Source of the DNA: a virus
Lineage: Duplodnaviria; Caudoviricetes
Length of the DNA stretch: 61,310 nt
IMG/VR virus record: IMGVR_UViG_3300032360_000004
Span: 1-61,310 of that record
Reading direction: 5' to 3' (one strand)
Each line of letters opens with the position of its first letter. Position 1 is the first letter of the stretch. Under the pieces are notes generated by a model. The model did not search any database. It was not told the origin of the DNA and worked only from the letters and a program-made list of their open reading frames with translations. The position numbers and the translations under genes are program-made. Below, piece after piece: positions 56,462 through 61,310 of this stretch.

Positions 56462-56923
56462 TTGGAGTCCCAAATGCCCCCAGAAACTTTGCCCCCAAGC
56501 CAAGAAAAGCCGCCAATCGTGTACCTTGCGGTGCCCTACAGCCATGCGGATCCGCTGGTGATGGAGGCCCGTTACCGGGCTGTCACCCACGCAGCCGGGC
56601 GATTGCTGGCACAGGGACGGCACGTGTTCAGCCCCATCACCCACACCCACCCCATAAAGGTAGCTGCCGGTCAGGTTGACCTGTGGGACTCCTGGGCAGC
56701 GTACGACACTGCCGTCATGACCAACCTGTGTAGCAGCATGGTGGTACTATGCCTAAAGGGGTGGCGTACCAGTACCGGGGTGCGTGCTGAAAGACAACTG
56801 GCTCGATCCCTGGGACTGCCTATCAGCTACCTGCTGCCCCAGCATTGTGGCCTCCGCCCCAGATACCCGTACCAAGACTGGCAGCCGATGATCCCCGATA
56901 TCCCAACCCGTCCCAACGCCTAA
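56462..56923 (+). CDS. Nucleoside 2-deoxyribosyltransferase-like (DUF1937-type) protein
   Basis: VYLAVPYSH, VFSPITHTHP, GWRTSTGVRAE. Confidence 0.8.
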   Translation: MESQMPPETLPPSQEKPPIVYLAVPYSHADPLVMEARYRAVTHAAGRLLAQGRHVFSPITHTHPIKVAAGQVDLWDSWAAYDTAVMTNLCSSMVVLCLKGWRTSTGVRAERQLARSLGLPISYLLPQHCGLRPRYPYQDWQPMIPDIPTRPNA

Positions 56924-56956
56924 AACCAGTATCCCAACCGTCCCAGCCCGTCCCAA
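56892..56956. repeat. Helically phased TCCC(A) repeats
   Basis: TCCC starts at 56892, 56901, 56911, 56932, 56941 and 56951. Confidence 0.6.
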
Positions 56957-56964
56957 GGTATTCC

Positions 56965-58098
56965 ATGCACTACCAGTACCGTAATGTAAATGATGCGTTT
57001 GTTGGGCTTGTCCAGGCTATTCACACTGGGGAACTGCCCACGGTGGTGACACCCAGCCGGGCCGGTGAAGTCATGATGGTACCCCACCCGGTGCTGGTCA
57101 GTTACACCCACCCACTGGAGCGGGTGCTGCTGCACACAGGCCGGGACGCTAACCCGTTCTTCCACCTCTTTGAAAGTCTGTGGATGTTGGCCGGGTGCAA
57201 CACCGTGGCTCCACTGCTGTACTACAACAGCCGCATAGCAGCCATTGCCAGCGATGACGGCAAGACGTTTAACGGTGCCTACGGTTACCGCTGGCGACAC
57301 CCCGTGGACCAGCTAGCCGTTATCATTGAACACCTACGGGCCACGCCTGGAAGCCGTCGTGCCGTATTGCAAATGTGGAACACGCAGGATGACCTACTGC
57401 GGGTGGATGATACTAAAGACGTGTGCTGCAACACGCACGTGTACTTTAGCGTGGAACAGGGCACGTGTCCTGACTGCAACGGCACTGGCTATAACAGTGT
57501 GTGGAGCTTGGGCACCCAAGGACCAGAGCCTTGCACACGGTGCAACGGCTTACCCCACGACCAACCCACCTACCTGAACATGACCGTATGCAATAGGAGC
57601 AACGATCTGCTGTGGGGTTTGCTGGGTGCCAACGTGGTCCACTTCAGTGTGCTGCAAGAATACGTAGCCCTGAGCCTGGGATTACAGGTTGGCACCTACT
57701 ACCAGTTTACTAACAACCTGCACGTGTACACCGAAAGGTGGACCCCGGAAAAGTGGTCTGCCTTTGAGCGGTCCAAAGGGCAGGCACCTTACGCACTTCC
57801 ACAGGCCAAGCGTGTACCGTTGGTAGAGCAGCCGGACAGGTTCAATGCAGAGTGTAAGCAGTTTGTGGACGGGCCACTCATACCGCCAACCCTTGTAGGA
57901 GAGGGGCGGTTTAACTGGAAGGAGCCGTTCTTACAACACGTGGCTGCTCCCATGTGTTGGGCCTACCGTCTATACAAGCAACGGGAATACGCCCTAGCTT
58001 TAAGAACTGTGGACGAGGTGTGGGACCGTGACTGGCGGACTGCCGCTACCAACTGGATACAAAAACGGCAGGCCCGGTATCTGGATAAGTCATCATAA
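56965..58098 (+). CDS. Thymidylate synthase homologue, probable dUMP hydroxymethyltransferase, with DnaJ-type Zn-finger insertion
   Basis: RDANPFFH..ESLWMLAG, GAYG.RW, SRRAVLQMW, KDVCCN, NRSND..WG..GAN, NNLHVY; insert CPDCNGTG...CTRCNG. Confidence 0.85.
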   Translation: MHYQYRNVNDAFVGLVQAIHTGELPTVVTPSRAGEVMMVPHPVLVSYTHPLERVLLHTGRDANPFFHLFESLWMLAGCNTVAPLLYYNSRIAAIASDDGKTFNGAYGYRWRHPVDQLAVIIEHLRATPGSRRAVLQMWNTQDDLLRVDDTKDVCCNTHVYFSVEQGTCPDCNGTGYNSVWSLGTQGPEPCTRCNGLPHDQPTYLNMTVCNRSNDLLWGLLGANVVHFSVLQEYVALSLGLQVGTYYQFTNNLHVYTERWTPEKWSAFERSKGQAPYALPQAKRVPLVEQPDRFNAECKQFVDGPLIPPTLVGEGRFNWKEPFLQHVAAPMCWAYRLYKQREYALALRTVDEVWDRDWRTAATNWIQKRQARYLDKSS

Positions 58099-58652
58099 TG
58101 ATTTTACCTACAGCAGTACGCAGCAAACGCAATTTCGTAGAGCGGTACCAGCGGGGTGAGTTCGGAAACCGCAGCCCTACCTGGAATGACCTAACGGAAT
58201 GCCTAGCTAGCGGGTACACGGGATTGGTACATATCCGTAACCGGGTACGTGGTGGGGCTACATGGTATGACGTGCCTCACGGGGGGCTACAAGATGCGTG
58301 GAAGCACGCTGTTGATAAGTGCGGCAAGATCCACCTATACATAAGTGCAATGGCCCCAACGGACCGCACCGTGCTCCAGGGAGAAGTACAGCAGGGCTAC
58401 CACGGGCTGGATCTATATTACACCACCGTAGCTCAACCCATGCGGCAGGCACTAGCCACCAGCAGCAGGCAGGTACGTGGTATAATGGCTAGTTGGCTAC
58501 TGCGGTACCACCTGTGTCCTAATAGCCATGACTGGCTGTTGTACCTGCTGGACGCCTACCCCAATCACGTGGTGGAGTTTAGTGCGTACGAAAGACCATG
58601 GGGAACAGTACCGGGGCACAACACAGTCTTCTGGGAAGTCCGTCAATACTAA
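58098..58652 (+). CDS. Conserved-looking hypothetical protein in the modification cluster (possible degenerate ATP-grasp)
   Basis: TAATG-coupled to the TS gene; GEFGN, QGEV, VVEFS, FWEVR. Confidence 0.55.
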   Translation: MILPTAVRSKRNFVERYQRGEFGNRSPTWNDLTECLASGYTGLVHIRNRVRGGATWYDVPHGGLQDAWKHAVDKCGKIHLYISAMAPTDRTVLQGEVQQGYHGLDLYYTTVAQPMRQALATSSRQVRGIMASWLLRYHLCPNSHDWLLYLLDAYPNHVVEFSAYERPWGTVPGHNTVFWEVRQY

Positions 58653-58669
58653 TAGAGGGAGCAAGCACT

Positions 58670-59167
58670 ATGGACCCAACACAATACCAACAACTGGCAG
58701 CACGCACTGAGTGTGACCAGGAAGCAGCCCGACAACGTGTAGCAACCGACAATATGTTACGCACCACCCGGCTGCTGCACGCCTGCTTAGGATTGTCTGG
58801 AGAGGTAGGTGAGTTGTCTGCTGCTGCCGAACGCTGGGTGTACTACGGGCACGACCTGGATGCAGGTAATGTAAAGGAGGAGGTAGGTGATTGCCTGTGG
58901 TACCTAGCCCTAGCCTGTAACGCCCTAGGCTTGGACATGGCACAGGTGATGGAAGCTAACATAGCTAAGCTGCGTCAGCGGTACCCTTCTAAGTATAGTG
59001 ACGACCAAGCCCTGGAAGTTAACCGTGACCGGGCAGCAGAACGCAGCATAGTGGAAGGTGTCCCCGACAGTGACCAAAACCCCATGGTACAAAATGGCCA
59101 AGGCTGGGCCGAGCCACCTTGGGGATTTAATGCCCACCGATTAGATAACGATAACTGTGATGCTTAG
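58670..59167 (+). CDS. MazG-like NTP pyrophosphohydrolase
   Basis: YQQLAART, GLSGEVGE, EEVGDCLWY, NIAKLRQRYP. Confidence 0.9.
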   Translation: MDPTQYQQLAARTECDQEAARQRVATDNMLRTTRLLHACLGLSGEVGELSAAAERWVYYGHDLDAGNVKEEVGDCLWYLALACNALGLDMAQVMEANIAKLRQRYPSKYSDDQALEVNRDRAAERSIVEGVPDSDQNPMVQNGQGWAEPPWGFNAHRLDNDNCDA

Positions 59168-59203
59168 TTTTATATACACCTATAGGGAAGGAGACCTGTA
59201 CTT

Positions 59204-60103
59204 GTGCCTGTTAAAGATGATAAACCCCCCGAGAAGCTCAGACCGTTTATATTCCACGGGGTGGACCTGTCCTGGTCTTCAGGAGATAACAACGCCATGG
59301 CAGACTGTCCCCTATGTGGCCGGGAGGGCCGGTTCGGGGTGAAGATAGAGACCGGCGAATATAACTGTTTCAAGTGTGGGGAGACTGGTAACGCGACTGT
59401 GTTTCTGCGTTGGTTGTGGGACACCAGCACACAGGCAACCACTACGGAGCAGTACCGGCAGTTAGCTACTGACCGGGGTTTGTTAATGCCTGACTGCCTG
59501 ATCCACTGGGGCATCTGTGTGAGTGCTATTACAGGGGACTGGCTGGTACCCGGTTACAACTCCAAGGGTAACCTGTGCCAGCTATACAGGTACCTGCACA
59601 CGGCCAAGGGGGCACGCCTGCTGCCCACGCCCACCATGGGGCACCAGCTACACGGTGGGAACCTATATAACGGGAAGAAGCCGCTGGTGTATATATGTGA
59701 GGGACCTTGGGACGCCATAGCCCTGTGGGAAATGCTGAGCATGGCCCGGTATAAGGAGGAGGATGAACGGCTGGCTCCAACGGCTAACATCAGCAACAGC
59801 CTGCTGGCACAGGCTAACGTGGTAGCGGTGCCGGGCTGCACTACTTTCGCCAAGGCATGGCTACCCCTGTTTGCTGGCAAGGTGGTGGTGTTGATGTATG
59901 ACAACGACCACCCCCGCACTCATCCGTCCACTGGTAAGACTGTAGCCCCGGCAGGCTATGCTGCCATGCAACGGGTAACCCGGTTGCTAATGTCAGCCCA
60001 TAAGCCACCCCAGGAAATTAACTATCTATGTTGGGGTGAGGATGGAGGCTACGACCCCAACCTACCCAGCGGTACAGACGTAAGGGATATGCTAGATGCC
60101 TAG
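59204..60103 (+). CDS. DNA primase (Zn-finger plus TOPRIM)
   Basis: CPLCG...YNCFKCG, ICEGPWDA, MYDND, DVRD. Confidence 0.88.
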   Translation: MPVKDDKPPEKLRPFIFHGVDLSWSSGDNNAMADCPLCGREGRFGVKIETGEYNCFKCGETGNATVFLRWLWDTSTQATTTEQYRQLATDRGLLMPDCLIHWGICVSAITGDWLVPGYNSKGNLCQLYRYLHTAKGARLLPTPTMGHQLHGGNLYNGKKPLVYICEGPWDAIALWEMLSMARYKEEDERLAPTANISNSLLAQANVVAVPGCTTFAKAWLPLFAGKVVVLMYDNDHPRTHPSTGKTVAPAGYAAMQRVTRLLMSAHKPPQEINYLCWGEDGGYDPNLPSGTDVRDMLDA

Positions 60104-61310
60104 ACCACCAATAACCAACGACACAACCACTAACGTCATAGACCGTATACGCAACCTGGAAGCCCTGTTGGATCTGACTAAGGGGGTGCCCAAATCCTGG
60201 AAGACGGCTAAGGCCAGCAGCAACGGGCAAGCTACTGACGACGATGATACTTCAGTGGACCTAACCGGGGGTGACATGGACTCCCTGCCCTGCACCAGCT
60301 ATAAGGTGCTAATTAATGCGTGGCGTAGGGCACTGCGTTGGACTGATGGACTGGACCGTGCTCTAAGTGTTATGCTGGCCAGCATCACCAGCACGAAAAG
60401 TGTTGGCGACCAGCTATGGATAAAGATCATAGGTCCAGCCGCTTGTGGTAAGAGCACCCTGTGTGAAGCTGTTAGCGTCAATAAGGATTACGTGTTGGCC
60501 AAGAGCACCATCCGGGGCTTTCATAGTGGGTGGCGGGAAACCGGTGAGGACAGTGAGGATAATAGCCTAGTGGCCATGGTGGCAGGCAAGACGTTAGTAA
60601 CTAAGGACGGGGACACGCTGCTGCAAAGCCCCAACCTAAGCCAGATACTAGCCGAGGCCCGTGACCTGTACGACAGCACCAGCCGTACCCATTACCGTAA
60701 CACTATGAGCAAGGACTATAGCGGTATCCGCATGACGTGGCTGCTATGCGGCACCAGTAGTCTACGCAGCATAGACGAGAGTGAACTGGGTGAGCGGTTC
60801 TTGGACTGCGTAATCATGGACGGCATAGATGATGACCTGGAAGACGAGGTGCTGTGGCGGGTGGCTAACCGGGCTGACCGTAACCTAGCTATAGAGGCGG
60901 ACGGTGGGCCTGAAACTCACTACGAGCCTGAACTGGCTACAGCTATGAGGTTAACCGGGGGATATGTAACCTACCTGAGGACCAACGCTAAGACCCTACT
61001 GGGTACCATTACCAGTCCCACGTGGGTACTAAGACGGTGTACCCAGCTTGGTAAGTTTGTGGCTTTCATGCGAGCACGCCCCAGCCTCCGCCAGGAGGAG
61101 ACGGCCGAGCGTGAGTTCGCCGCCCGGTTAGTGAGCCAACATATACGGCTGGCCAAGTGCCTAGCTGCTGTGATGAACCGTAGTGAGGTGGACCGTAGTG
61201 TCATGGACCGGGTGACTAAGGTGTGCCTGGATACTGCCCGTGGTCAAACCATGATGATAGCCCAGCAACTACACGCAGCAGGTACCACCAAGGGGGCTGC
61301 CCTGCGAGCT
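60096..61310 (+). CDS. MCM-like AAA+ ATPase/helicase (continues to 308 via the junction; not in ORF track)
   Basis: Open frame MPRPPIT...; Walker A GPAACGKS, degenerate Walker B LVTKD, Arg-finger-like LGERF, RLVSQHIRLAKCLA. Confidence 0.75.
   Translation, partial: MPRPPITNDTTTNVIDRIRNLEALLDLTKGVPKSWKTAKASSNGQATDDDDTSVDLTGGDMDSLPCTSYKVLINAWRRALRWTDGLDRALSVMLASITSTKSVGDQLWIKIIGPAACGKSTLCEAVSVNKDYVLAKSTIRGFHSGWRETGEDSEDNSLVAMVAGKTLVTKDGDTLLQSPNLSQILAEARDLYDSTSRTHYRNTMSKDYSGIRMTWLLCGTSSLRSIDESELGERFLDCVIMDGIDDDLEDEVLWRVANRADRNLAIEADGGPETHYEPELATAMRLTGGYVTYLRTNAKTLLGTITSPTWVLRRCTQLGKFVAFMRARPSLRQEETAEREFAARLVSQHIRLAKCLAAVMNRSEVDRSVMDRVTKVCLDTARGQTMMIAQQLHAAGTTKGAALRA
61183..61310. repeat. Terminal redundancy, copy 2
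   Basis: Matches 1-128 with one mismatch. Confidence 0.97.

Overview
This window is an apparently complete, circularly permuted genome of a tailed dsDNA phage (about 61,182 bp). Positions 1-128 repeat 61183-61310 with one mismatch. It is siphovirus-like: tail tube, frameshifted chaperone and tape measure are present, and no sheath is evident. I recognised no integrase or endolysin. The layout has four parts. (i) A late + strand operon, ~3.1-27.6 kb: terminases, portal, a MuF protein with an HExxH extension, prohead protease, encapsulin-like major capsid, neck and tail genes, a signal-peptide trypsin-like protease and a Thr/Cys-rich mucin-like tail protein. (ii) A 10-gene glycosylation locus, 27.6-36.5 kb. 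(iii) A - strand early region, 36.8-45.7 kb. (iv) A + strand replication and DNA-modification region from 45.9 kb through the junction to 2.7 kb: resolvase, UDG, exonuclease, Sak4-like ATPase, CsrA, tRNA-Ile2(CAU), PolA, two 5-hmdU DNA kinase paralogues, a dUMP hydroxymethylase-like enzyme, primase, an MCM-like helicase, a sulfotransferase, an amino acid:DNA transferase and a ureohydrolase. The most striking unexplained signal is regulatory. An extended RBS motif (GGAGCAAGC and G.U-compatible variants GGAGYRRG) precedes at least 17 start codons. Three structured + strand RNA elements display its complement, and one of them is flanked by two CsrA-type GGA hairpins near a phage csrA gene. This suggests an antisense/CsrA translational regulon. 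Other highlights are a candidate new thymidine hypermodification pathway (sulfotransferase + transferase + ureohydrolase) and a candidate virion-glycosylation system acting on a mucin-like protein. All protein calls come from motif recognition by eye, with no database searches.
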